DNA of 64,000 nucleotides from Okamejei kenojei (Eukaryota). The notes beneath the pieces are model-generated. The model saw nothing but the letters and a program-made list of their open reading frames with translations. It made no database searches and had not been told where the DNA came from. This document shows, one piece after another, positions 13,144 to 25,362 of the stretch (the first letter of the stretch is position 1; each line of letters opens with the position of its first letter). Where the stretch lies: positions 17,360,001 to 17,424,000 of the forward strand of contig CM069169.1 in assembly GCA_035221665.1 (NCBI GenBank), written 5' to 3'. The position numbers were made by a program, and so were the translations under genes.

Positions 13144-13756
13144 AAGAAAGAAAGAAGAGGTGGAGCCAGTAGGCTGAGGGAGAGCTGAGGAGGAGAAAGT
13201 AAGGACTGCCTGAAATTAGAGAAATAAATGTTCGTGCCACTGGGGTGCAAACTGCCCAAGCGAAGCATGAGGTGCCTCCTCCAATTTACGATAGTCCTCA
13301 CTCTGGCCATGGAGGAGGCCGAGGTCAGTAAGGTCAGATTCAGAATGGGAGGGGGAGTTGAAGTGCTGAACCACCGGGAGATCAGGTTGGTTATTGCGAA
13401 CTGAGCGGAGGTGTTCGGCGAAGTGATTGCCAAGCCTACGCTTGGTCTCACCGATGTAGAGAAGCTGACATCTAGAGCAGCGGATGCAATAGATGAGGTT
13501 GGAGGAGGTGCTGGTGAACCTCTGCCGCACCTGGAAAGACTGCTTGGGTCCTTGAATGGAGTCAAGGGGGGAGTTGGAGCAGCATCTATTGCATTTCTTT
13601 CTTTACCCCCCCCCCCACGCTCACATCAGTCTGAAGAAGGGTTTTGGCCCGAAACATTGCCTTTTTCCTTCGCTCCATCGATGCTGCCTCACCCGCTGAG
13701 TTTCACCAGCATTTATGTGTACCTTTGATTTTCCAACATCGGCAGCTCCTTCTTAA
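13015..13756 (-). mobile_element. Penelope-like fragment: GIY-YIG domain between inverted pLTRs, 13-bp TSD, internal poly-G
   Basis: ORF 13216..13530 reads RQRFTSTSSNLIYCIRCSRCQLLYIGETKRRLGNHFAEHLRSV. pLTRs at 13015-13110 and about 13600-13756 are inverted. acctaatattgag occurs at 13002 and 13757. Confidence 0.92.
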
Positions 13757-14984
13757 ACCTAATATTGAGAGACTGTCGAGCGAACAACAACACCGTGTCA
13801 CACTAACTGCTATGAGACAGACTTAGAGGGGTGAGAGTAGTTTCAATACCAGTGTCTCAAACTAACTGTTATGTTCAGTAGACATCATATTGCTTAAATA
13901 TATAAATATGTCAAAGTTTAGTTTGTATATAATATTATGACCTCAATTTATTAGCTATGGCGATAGATGACTCGCCCGCCATCCACTCACAAACATGGGT
14001 CCTGGCCCATATGCAGAACACGGCTGCCGAACCCCTGTCATAGAAGGTTCTAAGCTGAAAATTATACTAGCCTTTGAGTGGGTGGTTCTGGGTAGAAATT
14101 GGAGGTGGTCGTATTTGGTTCTTCCAATCTCATTGGCCTGTAATCTTTCGTCTGAAGTTGAGATTTCAATGGCACCTACTGTAAAGATTTGTTGGGGAAA
14201 AAAAGGTTATCAATTTAAAATTGAAGACGTGGCATGTCGCAAGATTGGGCAGAGTACAGATCGATTTGTCAAGTGAGACCATCTGCAAGTGCTGCAATTG
14301 GCAGTGTCATTTTTTAAATGATTATGGGGTTTAGTGGGCAATCCTTTATTTGAAACGTTTATACAAAAAACAATGCAGCAATATTATTGGAGGCAGTGGC
14401 CTGATCCTATCCCTGGATGTTGTCTGTCGATTTCCTTCCACACATGTTGCCTGACCTGCTGAGTTCCTCCAACACTTTATTCAACATCCCAGTCTCAGCA
14501 CTCTCGTCTGCAGTTTAGTTGTTTATTTTTTTGAATAAATAACTAAATGGTTGGAAATAATTTCAACTTATTACTGTACCTTGCTGGACACTCCTTGTAC
14601 AGGTAATTGTTAAAGTAAAAGTTAAATTGCTGACAGCACAGATTATTTGATTTATTTGTGGATGTAATGAAGAATAGAAAATAGTTATGCTTAATCATGC
14701 AGTTCTGAATTTGCAGGAAAATTACAAAAGTCACCTTGAGGGTAATGGGATTTCCTTCTCATGTTTATATAATGTTAAGTTTCCTTTTTGCTTTCTCCTT
14801 GCACTTGCTTGATATGCTTTCCTTTCCTTTTGCCTGGAAGAGTAATAATTTAACAGTAAAAAAGAATGGAATTCCGATGTTGGTTTTGTTTAACCTTTCA
14901 ATGCCCTGGAGCCAGTTACAGTTGATGGATTTTTATCCTTTCTCCTTACCTGTGCATCTAAAAACTAAGGTGTGTAATACAGAA

Positions 14985-15830
14985 CACAAGATAACAGAAA
15001 CAGGGGGAAGTCTCTTGGCTCCTCAAGCCTGCTCCACTGTTCAAAATGATCATGGCTGATCTAAGCTTGTCTAAGTTCCATGATCTAGTTTTCAAGGTCC
15101 TCAATTTTTTTTACTTTTCACATTTATTTATCCCTGATATGAATATATCTATGATTTACCCCAAACCATCCTTTGGGGCAGAGAATTGCAGATATTCACT
15201 ATTCTCGGAATAAGTTTCTGTCCAAGTTGATTTTAAATGTTTCCTTGGTTTGCACCATGTCCCTTTGAACTTTCCAACTCAAAAATAGCTAAACTTGTAA
15301 CCCCCATAGGATCTAATAAATTGGAATGAGGTCACTCCTCATTCTTCCAAACTACAAAGAATGCAGACACAAGCTTAAGTATCTCTCTCTCATCCCGGAA
15401 TTAGCCTGGTGAATCTCCTTTGGGCTTACTCCAATACAACTATATCCTTTCATGGGTAAGGGATATATTGTGCATAGTATTCCGGGTGTGGCCACGCCAA
15501 CATCTTGGAAAAGTGTAACAAAACACCTCCGAGAGAAAGGAAAAGACTACAGATGCTGGAATCTTGAGCAAACAACAGAATGTTGGAGGAACTCTGTGGG
15601 TCAGGCAGCAATTGCGAAGGGATATGGGTGGACCACCTCCTGAACCAAAATGTCGACTATCCGCTTTCCTCTACAGATGCTGCGTAACCTGTTGTGTTCC
15701 TCTAGCAGCCTGTTTTTTGCACTTTATTCTTGAATTCCAAAACCTTTTGCAATAGTCTCAACATGCCAGCTGCTTCCTTCACTACTTGTTGGACCTGCCT
15801 GCTGACTTTTTGTGATTCATGCCTCAGATG
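14985..15830 (-). mobile_element. Old CR1 LINE fragment interrupted by an old inverted pLTR pair (about 15540-15755)
   Basis: Reverse CR1 3' end motifs (gatcatggctgatc, gaattgcagatattcact, catcccggaattagcctggtgaatct). Confidence 0.65.
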
Positions 15831-16238
15831 TTTTACTTTAATTTATTAAAACTAATTCAAATTTTGAACGTATCAGATGAACAAATTCCACAGTATATCA
15901 CACATTTCCTTTTGAAAATTACAGATCCCTTGTTTTAGTTTAAAAACAAATGACAGGAAGTAAGTAGTTGTCGAACACCAATGACATTTTCTTTCATTAT
16001 GACTCGGTGAATGTAAATGACGCAATGAACAATGACCGATTTATTTTTGTTTAATCCCTTGGCCAGATTTATTGAGGAGACTAGTTATGTTTAGATTGGG
16101 TAATTTCGTACAAATAATTGTGAATTATGTGACGTGCACATAGCTCGACTGATAATATTGTAGCAGCAGGTCGTGCACTATTTCAAAAACAACTCTAAAA
16201 TAGAATGGTTATGTTGGCGTTAGTGTGACTCTTGTTAC

Positions 16239-16570
16239 AGGGCGTTGCAATGGTGCAGCCAGTAAAGTTACTGCCTTGAAGTACCAGCGACTTGGCTACA
16301 ATCTTGATCTGCGTATATTTTGTACGTTCCTGTGAATGCATGGCTTCCTCCATTTGTTCTGGTTTCCTCCCAATTCTCAAAGACATGAAGGTTGGTAGGT
16401 TAATTGGCCCCTGAATAATGTCACTATTTTGTAGTAAGTGTTGGAGTTCATGGGGAATTGAGATTTAAAAAAAAGTATTAATTCAGGATTAGCATAAATG
16501 GGTAGAATTTGCTCAGTACAAAGTCAGTAGGCTGAAGGGTCAGTTTCTGTGATGTATCGCAATGACTGCA
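16239..16570 (+). mobile_element. HE1-like V-SINE, near full length
   Basis: tRNA-like head tggtgcagc, V-domain ctggtttcctcccaattctcaaagac..gttggtaggttaattggcc and CR1-derived tail ggctgaagggtcagtttctgtg. Confidence 0.7.
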
Positions 16571-17154
16571 CTAAGGTTGCATGTTTTAAGGAATTGGGGT
16601 TACAATTTTGTTTTCTAATTCATCCATTTTGTTGCATGGTGAAAATTTTCCTTCAATCCAGTTTAGAGAAAAAGATTGTATGATTCTTGTGGTTAAATCT
16701 CTTTCTCATACACTGACCTCGCTCCTCTAGAGGAACAGTCTGCTTTCTAATTCTCTGAAGTCTTTGAAATGATTTCTGATGACATCTGGCATTCAAAAGG
16801 TTTGGCAGGTTTTGGTGCAGGGTTTGCAGAAAGGATAAAGTGTTTTTGAGCTGCAAGAATGTTTTAGTTTAACGAGTTAAAGTCTTTGGTGAAGCTGAGC
16901 GAAATGCAATGTCTGGGCTTGCTGCTTCGGCTGCAATGGGAGTGGAGTTTCTGTATGATGTCATTCCACTTTGCAGATGCCGACTTCTTGCTCACTGCAG
17001 TTTGTGTGATTGGTTTAATAATAACACAATATGCTGTAACTAGGCGGTTGCTTAAAACAGTTTGTGTAATTGGGTTTCAGGACATTGTCGGTCTGTATCA
17101 GAAATCAATCTAGTCAAGTTACTAAATGAGATGATACAGGAGAAGAAAAGGGGG

Positions 17155-17156
<2 letters not shown>

Positions 17157-17197
<41 letters not shown>

Positions 17198-17210
17198 CAC
17201 ACATGTGTGT
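17157..17210. repeat. (GT)n microsatellite running into gcgcgcacacac (alternating purine-pyrimidine tract)
   Basis: Directly visible. Confidence 0.95.
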
Positions 17211-17699
17211 CTGCATGAAATTAACTTCAGTGAAATATGTATGATGATGCGCATTTGCTTTGGTTTTAAATGCTTCATTTTCTTGAACTATTGCGTGGAG
17301 ACGGAACATTCTCAAAGAAAATGAGCTATTTAAAATTGATGTTGAAATGCTAGTATTGGCCATTGTGATCCATATCTATATAATTTTAAAATTAATTTCT
17401 AAACTATTTGTTCTCGTATTTATTGCTTTTCGCTGCCACTCGCTGTACTGGATCTAGAATAATATGTTCAGTTTTGCTTTGCTTACTTAAAAGCGTAGAG
17501 GGAATGGCGCAAACACTCACCAATCTGGTTCTGGAGATGCTTTTCTTGAAGGCCATGATCGTGATAAATGTTAGTGCAAGCTTGAAGGGCCAAATGGCCT
17601 CCACCTAATTCTAATTCTTACATTCTTACTATGCATTTCATCTTTCAGTCAAATTATAATTAATCTCTTTAGTTAAATGTAAATAATCATTTCCCATCA

Positions 17700-17830
17700 G
17701 TGAGAAGAAGGGTCTTGACCCGAAACGTCACCCTTTCCTTCTCTCCAGAGATGATGCCTGTACCGCTGTGTTACTCAAGCATTTTGTGTCTACCTTCGAT
17801 TTAAACCAGCATCTGCAGTTCTTTCCTACA
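17700..17830 (+). mobile_element. Solo pLTR-derived element with 10-bp TSD
   Basis: catttcccat at 17688 and 17831; hammerhead CUGA is mutated to GAGA. Confidence 0.88.
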
Positions 17831-17894
17831 CATTTCCCATAAAGTGTGTATCTCAAAAATGATGTATTAATTGTTAGGAATTTTTCCACTCTAC

Positions 17895-18200
17895 ATAGAA
17901 CAGTGCAGTGCAGCACAGGTCCTTCAGCCCACAATGTCTGTGTCTGACAATACCATATCCCTCCATTCCCTGCATATCTATAGGCCTACCCAAGAATCTT
18001 TTAAGTGCTATTATCGCATCTGCCTCAACCCTGCACCTGGTTGTGCATCCCAGGCACTCGCCACCCGCTCTGCAAAGAAAATGATCCGCACATCTCTCAC
18101 ACTCCTCTCACCTTAAAGCCATGCCTCTAGTATTTGATTCTTCCATATTGGGGAAATAGGTTCTGACTGTTTATACTATTAAGCCGCTCATAATTTTATA
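17895..18200 (-). mobile_element. CR1 3' fragment
   Basis: acagtgcagtgcagcacaggtccttcagcccacaatgtctgtg ... caccttaaagccatgcctctagtatttga. Confidence 0.7.
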
Positions 18201-18202
18201 TG

Positions 18203-18278
18203 GTGTGACGCCGCAGGCCGCCCCCCTGCAACCATGCGTTGAGGGGACGGGACCCAATGGGTCCCACTTGGTCAAGTA
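18203..18278 (+). mobile_element. Possible Helitron 3'-terminal fragment
   Basis: GC-rich patch with hairpin gggaccc-aat-gggtccc followed by acttggtCAAGt, one mismatch from the CTAG|t terminus. Confidence 0.45.
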
Positions 18279-18587
18279 TCCTCTGAAGATTATGTCCTGA
18301 AAAAGCTTGGGCAAACTTTTCAATCTTATTCTCCTCCTCTATATATTTCTGGATAAAGTGCTGACTGCAAGGAGTCAGTCATGGAAACTAATCAAAGAAA
18401 ATTACTTGGCTGATCAGTTGAGGCTTACTGATGTGACCGTGCTGTATTTTTAATTTGTATTTTTTAACCACGTCCTCATTCAGCTACAATACAACATTAA
18501 ACATTCATATTTGCAGTTAAATCAAGATTTATGGGGCAGACAATACCTCTTCCCTTCAAGTAAAATTAACTTAAATTCATATTCTGA

Positions 18588-18667
18588 TTCTCGTCAGATT
18601 GCAGTGGTTCTCAGCAATTGAGTTTAGTTGAACTCAATTGCTGAGAACCATTGCAGTCTGGCGAGAG
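18588..18667. repeat. Near-perfect 80-nt inverted repeat (37-bp stem including G-U pairs, 6-nt loop)
   Basis: ttctcgtcagattgcagtggttctcagcaattgagtt-tagttg-aactcaattgctgagaaccattgcagtctggcgagag. Confidence 0.92.
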
Positions 18668-19018
18668 CTAGAAAATTTATAATAGAAAACACTTGTTTCA
18701 AGCATCAGCCAATCTACGTATTTTCCACTTTTATCCAAGTATGCCATTTTAGTGGCTTGAATTATTCTATTACTGGTAGGCCACTTTTCGTAAATTGGTC
18801 ATTAAATGTAGTCCCATCTGACTAAACCTCCACGACAGAAGGATACACTAAACTCAAACTTCCAAAAATGTTGAGTGAAGTGGCACAGACATGGTAGAGG
18901 AACATGTGGAAACATGGGAGTTCATCCACTTGGATAGAAAAACTGGAAAGGCATTGCAGATGAACAGGGAGGGGAGGGGCACTGCATGCAAAGAGGAATA
19001 ATTAGCCTATTCATCTAT

Positions 19019-19197
19019 CAGTGGTTCTTAACCTGGGGGTTGGGACCCCCATGGGGGGTCGTTTGGGGCTTTACTGAGGGACATGAAGGGATCATAAATA
19101 ACATATCCATTTGTTGAGCCCCTTTTTAGGAACATACCACATACAGTATTTTGTTCGCGTATGCGCCTACGTATGCCAAAAAAGTTAAGAAGCACTG
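19019..19197. mobile_element. hAT/Charlie-type MITE
   Basis: Termini cagtggttcttaac and gttaagaagcactg; atctat is repeated on both flanks, resembling the NTCTAGAN target. Confidence 0.75.
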
Positions 19198-19893
19198 ATC
19201 TATATTCTGTCGGCAACAGAAATAGTGTAGGTAGAAATTTATAAGTAACTTGATTGCTGAAAACAAGCAGAAATTTTACGTAACAATTTGTAATAGTGTT
19301 CCAAACACTATGGAGGGCACTGTATACATAGATATTTGCACTCATCTTTCTTGCATGATTTATGAAATATTGGAAGCAAAATTACAACTGCTTGTGGAAG
19401 GGATTTGGGGAGAGCTCTATCCTTGTTACAACCTATTTTGCCTCTTAGTTATTGAAACACTTTTTGTAGATTAACAACATTCCCTTCTATTATTTTATTA
19501 TATATTCAAATGCATCATGAAGTTTAGCCTACTACAAACTTCCAAACTTTGGTGACATTGTAGACAGAAGATGATATAGAGGCTTCAAGGGGATAGAGAC
19601 ATGCTAAGCATATGGTAATTAGGGTTAAGCTTCGAAGCAAAATTAGGAAATATAATTGTGCTGCTAGTTGAGCTGCTCATTCTTTTAAAGGGGAGTCTAA
19701 AGGACAGGGAAGACCCCTGCAAAGTCGCATGATTCTTTAGAGTTGCAATTTTATTTGGTAACGTAGATAATTGAATCTGCCATGGTATTTATTAATTGAG
19801 CTTCTTTTAAAGTTTTTGGATTGTTGTGATAACATTTTGCGTTCTTAAGTGCAGCCGGAAATGTGATTTCCACTTCTGTTTGTTGTATTTTAG

Positions 19894-19966
19894 GTCTGAT
19901 ATCATGAAGAAGGACTGGTCCTCTGTGTGGATGTGTTATTAGTGCTGATGGCACAACTGATCCAAT
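19894..19966 (+). promoter_or_regulatory. MYO9A: 5' UTR portion of the first coding exon, containing upstream ATGs
   Basis: Pyrimidine-rich acceptor ttctgtttgttgtattttag ends at 19893. Upstream ATGs at 19904, 19931 and 19948 precede the main ATG at 19967. Confidence 0.7.
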
Positions 19967-20809
19967 ATGAATGTGCATGATGTTGGTGGAAGACGACGCT
20001 GTGAAGACAATGAATTTACACTACGGGTATACCCAGGGAATATAGCAGAAGGCACCATTTATTGCCCTGTCGCTGCAAGGAAAATCACCAGTGCAGCAGA
20101 AGTTATTGAAATTCTTATTTACAAATTACAACTAGAGAAGACAAAATGTTATGTCTTGGCAGAGGTGAAGGAATTTGGTGGGGAAGAATGGATACTCAAT
20201 CCAACCGACTGTCCAGTACAACGCATGATGCTTTGGCCACGCACTGCCTTGGAAAATAGTTTCAGCAGTGAGGACTATCGCTTCCTGCTTAGAGAAAAAA
20301 ACCTTGATGGTTCTATTCATTACAACAATCTGCAGTCATGGCTGAGGGTGACGGAGGAGCGGCGGAGTATGATGGAACGGGGTTTTTTACCTCAACCACA
20401 GCAAAAAGACTATAATGATCTGTGCAATCTACCAGACTTGAATGAAAACACACTTCTGGACAACCTGCGTAATAGGTTTAAACAAGAGAAAATCTACACT
20501 TATGTTGGAACAATTTTAATTGCCATAAATCCTTTTAAATTTCTTCCTATTTACAACCCCAAGTATGTAAAAATGTATGATAATCACCAACTGGGTAAAC
20601 TGGAGCCCCATGTATATGCTATTGCTGATGTGGCATACCATGCCATGTTACAACGCAGGAAGAACCAATGTATAGTTATTTCGGGCGAGAGTGGCTCAGG
20701 AAAGACACAAAGTACAAACTTCCTGATCCATCATCTAACTGCTTTGAGCCAGAAAGGATTTGCCAGTGGAGTGGAGCAGATTATTCTTGGAGCTGGACCT
20801 GTGCTAGAG
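19967..20809 (+). CDS. MYO9A: MYO9A exon 2 coding part (281 aa): RA domain and start of motor domain with P-loop
   Basis: ORF 19967..20827 is myosin-IX-like up to GAGPVLE, then the donor GAG|gtaaga at 20810. Confidence 0.97.
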
Positions 20810-22089
20810 GTAAGATGCATCACATGATTTCCTCTTGAGGGAATGGAAAGAAAACCATCCTTGAAAATGAACAGCTGTATTGCTTTATTTTTGTTTTATG
20901 GCAAATTCTCCATGAAGCAAGTACTGTAATGCAGTTTGTGAGACATAGTTTACCAGTGCATCTGGTGTTAAAAAATCTGAAACTCAAGCTGACTAATCAA
21001 TGTAAATGTGCATCCCAGGTGCCTAGAGATTCCTCAAATCTTATTTTACCGTGCCCCATGTCAGAAAATGTAGTTTATGGTCCAACTCTCTCACTTGTCA
21101 TTATATTTGGAAAGAGTGAATAGAAATAGCAATTTTCACATTTGTACCCTACCGAGGAATATATGCTGGTCCTCCAAATTTTAAATTGAAAACCTAGGAT
21201 TGGATCTATAAATGGCACAGATTATTTTGAGGGGGTTTAAGGCTGTGTGCTTCAAAGCTTTATGTACGAAGAGCTATCGGGTATTCTTCACTTCCCCCTC
21301 TCTCAAAGATCTCAGATAGAATTTATTACGAAGTGCCTATATTGGTTGTGCCTATACTGATTGACAATCTTTGATGGTTTAAGAACAGGAAGTGGCTGTT
21401 TATTGCAATAAACAGCATTTTGCAAGATCTCAATCAGGTTATTTAAAGGCGACTTTGGTTTATTTTGATTTAATATGAAGTAATGTCATGCCCCTTTCCT
21501 CCATTTTGAACATAAAATAGATCACAGTGGTCAACCTTACGGAGTCGAGTCTATTTCTTCCATTAGAAATGCCCAGTCTCCTCAATTGTCAATTTAATTG
21601 CCATATCCTTCAATCCCTTCCCTTCCAAAGGTCATTTAGGTGCATCATTGATACACTAATACAGACTAAATTCCTGGTTATGATATAACTTAATTCCCTG
21701 CAGTTTGTTCCACTTAATCATGCACCCCGAGTTGAATTCGAATACTGAAGTTCTAGCAATGTGAATGATAATTCAGGTTCAAGTTCACATTTATTGTCAC
21801 ATGCACCAATTAGTGCACAGTAATATTGGAGTTACCATGCAGCCATACAATTAAAGAACATAATACATGATAGAACTTAACATAAACATCCACCACAGTG
21901 ATTACTGTGATGGAAGGCAATAAAGTTCAGTCAGTCTTCCTCCTTTTGTTAAATTGTTAAATATAGTAAATATTCCAGGAACAATTATTGTATTTTTAGG
22001 AAATTTTGTGAACACAATTCTCCCTTGATAAATCAGAAGTAAAATGATTCCGACTTGTACAGAATGATGTACCAGTGCATCACAGACCT

Positions 22090-22510
22090 GTTACATTCTT
22101 CCATCCAATCCATCTTCACGGCGTGATGCATCTGGAAGGCTGGAAGTATTGTCAAAGATGTTTTTCATCCTGGCCATCTCCTCGCCTCGCTTCTACCTTC
22201 TGGGAGATGGAGTTTGAAAGCCCAGATGTTCAGAATTATTAATAACAGTTTCCTCCCACTACCATCAGACGTCTGAACAAATTACCTCTTTTGGACACTC
22301 TCCTGGAGGTGCTGCCTCTTCCTTTGAGCTTATTGCACTTTTGTGTGTTTTGGCACTATTTCAGATTGCACTAAACTCTTTGCACCATTCTACCTGTTCA
22401 CACTCTATGTATATTGGGTGTATTTATCATTACCATGTATATTCTTTATTCTGTTAGCTTCATGAGAACAAGGAATTTATCTGCAGCATGTGACAAATTA
22501 ATCTGAATCT
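22090..22510 (+). mobile_element. Rex1/Babar-like LINE 3' fragment (an opposite-strand tail lies at about 21775-21950)
   Basis: catcctggccatctcctc..cttctaccttctgggaga, aacagtttcctcccc; tail gaattt..tgtgacaaattaatctgaatctga. Confidence 0.55.
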
Positions 22511-22734
22511 GATGAGTGATTGACTTGTTCTAAACTAGTCCAAAACTTATTTTAGACCATGATAAATTTGAATTTGTTATCCAATTAAGTCCCCGCAAAA
22601 TTTCCCTCACTTCAACCTGCTTCTATTATTTATCATTTTTATTTAGTTTTGAAAACATTCTTAAAATCTCTTGAATCCTTTATCTCCTTGTGAACTTGCA
22701 GTCTCTTGTTGATACTAAAGTCAGAGGGCATAAA

Positions 22735-23050
22735 TAGAATTAGGCCATTCGGCCCATCAAGTCTACTCCTCCATTCAATCATGGCTGATCTATCTCCCCC
22801 TCCTAACCCCATTCTCCTGCCTTCTCCCCATATCCTCTGACACCTATACTAATCATGAATTTATCTATCTCTGCCTTAAAAATATCTACTGACTTGGCAT
22901 CAACAGCCTTCTGTGGCAAAGAATTCTACAGATTCACCACCCTCTGATGAAATAAATTCCTCCTCGTCTCCTTCCTAAAAGAACGTCCTTTAATTCTGAC
23001 TTTAATTAGTTCCAGACTCTTCCACTAACGGAAACATGCTCTCCACATCC
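22735..23050 (-). mobile_element. CR1 3' end fragment
   Basis: ggccattcggcccatcaagtctac..cattcaatcatggctgatct..ttctgtggcaaagaattctacagattcaccaccctc. Confidence 0.8.
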
Positions 23051-24043
23051 ACATACTCGTAAACAATAAGCTGAACTTGCAAAGAAGGTAAATTGTATCC
23101 AATCAAAACCTCAATAAGGATGGGGCAACGTGAAAAGTCTTGTTTTGAGGATCTGGGGATGATATCTTGAGCCAATGGTTTTGGTATGGTTTGCTGACTT
23201 AGTGCTTTGTTTTAAATATATATAGAGTGAATGGTGGAATACACTTGATGGGCCGAATGGCCAAATTCTGCTCATAGAACTAATGAACTATCTTATTATT
23301 TCTGAACTATTGTGTAACAGTGGCAACAGAAATGCTTGTAACAGTATTTTAAAATGTCATTATTTTGAAAATTTTTAGTAGAAAAAAAATTGCAGAGCAT
23401 AAGTCCAGTGCTGTTGACTAACAATCTGAAGTGATCAAATGTAAGTTTGATCGATTTCTTGTTTAAAGTGCTGCTGGCCAAATATTGAAGGTCATTCATT
23501 TTCAACATGGTAGTTAATTTCAAACTAGTTGGGTTTATAATAACAGTTGAAGTGTTGTGCATTGCAGATGGTTATTTGAGTAACCTGATTTGCGACCAGC
23601 CTGTTACTGATTAATCTTGATTATTGGAGAATTCAAGTGCAAACCTGAAGGATGTTTGGTTAGCCGTCCGGTGCTGAAGGTTAATGTATTGCTGGCTGGG
23701 TTCATATTTGTTGGGCTTTGTGTGATATTCACTTTGTTATCAGGTTTAATTGGAGGTTTATGCATATTTGCGAGGTTTAAGTGCCTTAACATCCTGTCTA
23801 AAAAAATACCACAATTGGCATTCCAGAAGTGGTATTGTCAGTTAGTGCTCTGCATTAAGTAATTGGAAATAAGCAATTGATTTTTCATTTTCTTCCTGAG
23901 TGGCTTATTTTCACATTTCGGATGCATCTCATTTGATACAGACTCAAATTTTACAGTGGGTATTTGTGGATAGTGACCAGTTGCAGCAATCCTGTTAATT
24001 CTATCCTGTTAACACAACTCTCACTCCAACAAAAATTGCATAA

Positions 24044-24215
24044 AAGATAGACAGTGCTGGAGTAACTCAGCAGGTCAGGCAGCACCATTGGAGAACAAGG
24101 ATGAGTGACATTACAGGTCGGGACCCTTCTGCAGACGGAATTACTCTGACCTGCTGAGTTAGTCCAGCACTGTGCGTCTATCTTTGGTATAAATAAGCAT
24201 CTGCAGTTGATTGTT
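24044..24215. mobile_element. Inverted pLTR pair
   Basis: aagatagacagtgctggagtaactcagcaggtcag ... ctgacctgctgagttagtccagcactgtgcgtctatctt. Confidence 0.8.
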
Positions 24216-25244
24216 TCTGCCTTTCCATTAATACCAATAATTTTGAATCATTGCAAGAACATATGAACAGGAATATGGATATCATTTTTCAGATGTTTTT
24301 GATGACTTCAAAATATTTCTGATCATATGCAACTATTAACAACACAGGTTTGTGTGTGCTACATTATCATAATTGTGGTGAAATGTCCCTAGAAAGCCTT
24401 TTCACTACAACTGAAGCAATTCAATACAGATGGATTAATTTTCCAAATGAACTGTGAACGTAATAAATGAAATCATGAACTGAAAAAGTGCCAGAGTAGC
24501 AGTTTGATTTCTTCAAATGGGCAAAACATTTTTAGTGAAGTAGCAATTTACTTTTGTTATTTTCAACTTAAAATACTTGATTTGGTTCACATGTGGTTGT
24601 CTTTACATTGTGGAAAAAAGATTACTGTTTTCTATCCGCAGTGGTGACCTTGAATATTCAACTTGCTTGTCACTTGAACTTTCCATCCCACTCCCCTCTG
24701 TTTTTAATCTCGAAATACTGCTCCAACAAATATCGATTCAAGCTTGAGGATAAAATTCTCCTCTTCCAACTTGGCATGTTACGGGCTTCAGGGCATGTTA
24801 CGTGCTTCAGGGCTCGGCATTGAATCTTTAAAAATGACGACAGTCAGCCATTGTATTGCTGCATCTCAGCTATCAACATTTAACGTTTATTTATTTTTCC
24901 TCTGGTATTATAGATAATTTATATTCAGTTTACACCTCAGTGTACCCTTTGTTATTCACTAGCCTTTATAATAGTCTTTTCCTGCAACTGAAAACTTGAT
25001 TTTTGACTGTTTCCATTTGTGATCGTTGATTCTGATTCTCTTTCCATAGAGTATTTGTTCTGTTTAGAAAACATTTTCACAGCATGCACATATTCACAGG
25101 AGCCTGCATGGTTACAAGCTGTGCCTTGCTCTTTGTGGGTTATGTGGACAGACCTTTCTTTGGTTTACTCGGCCCCATCCTTCATATCTGTAGCATGAAT
25201 GACTATATTGTCCCTGCCCTTGTATAGAACTTCAAGATTTATCT

Positions 25245-25362
25245 GTGTAGGAAGGAACTGCAGATGCTGTTTAAACTGAAGATAGACACAAATCTGGAGT
25301 CACCCAGTGGGACAGGTAGCGTCTCTGGACCTGAAAGGTCACCCATTCCTTCTCTCCAGAGA
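25245..25362. mobile_element. Partial inverted pLTR pair
   Basis: tgtgtaggaaggaactgcagatgctg..cgtctctgga, then cctgaaaggtcacccattccttctctccagagatg. Confidence 0.75.

Noticed and set aside
16239-16320. tRNA gene
   Set aside because: Degenerate tRNA-derived SINE head followed by V-domain and CR1 tail; no cloverleaf.
17157-17210. Z-DNA or hairpin-forming GT/GC/AC tract as a regulatory element
   Set aside because: Common microsatellite; no evidence of function from sequence.
19967-20827. The 286-aa ORF as a complete single-exon gene, or as MYO9B
   Set aside because: Homology ends at a canonical donor (20810) and continues in nine downstream exons. The N-terminus and exon 6 insert fit MYO9A.
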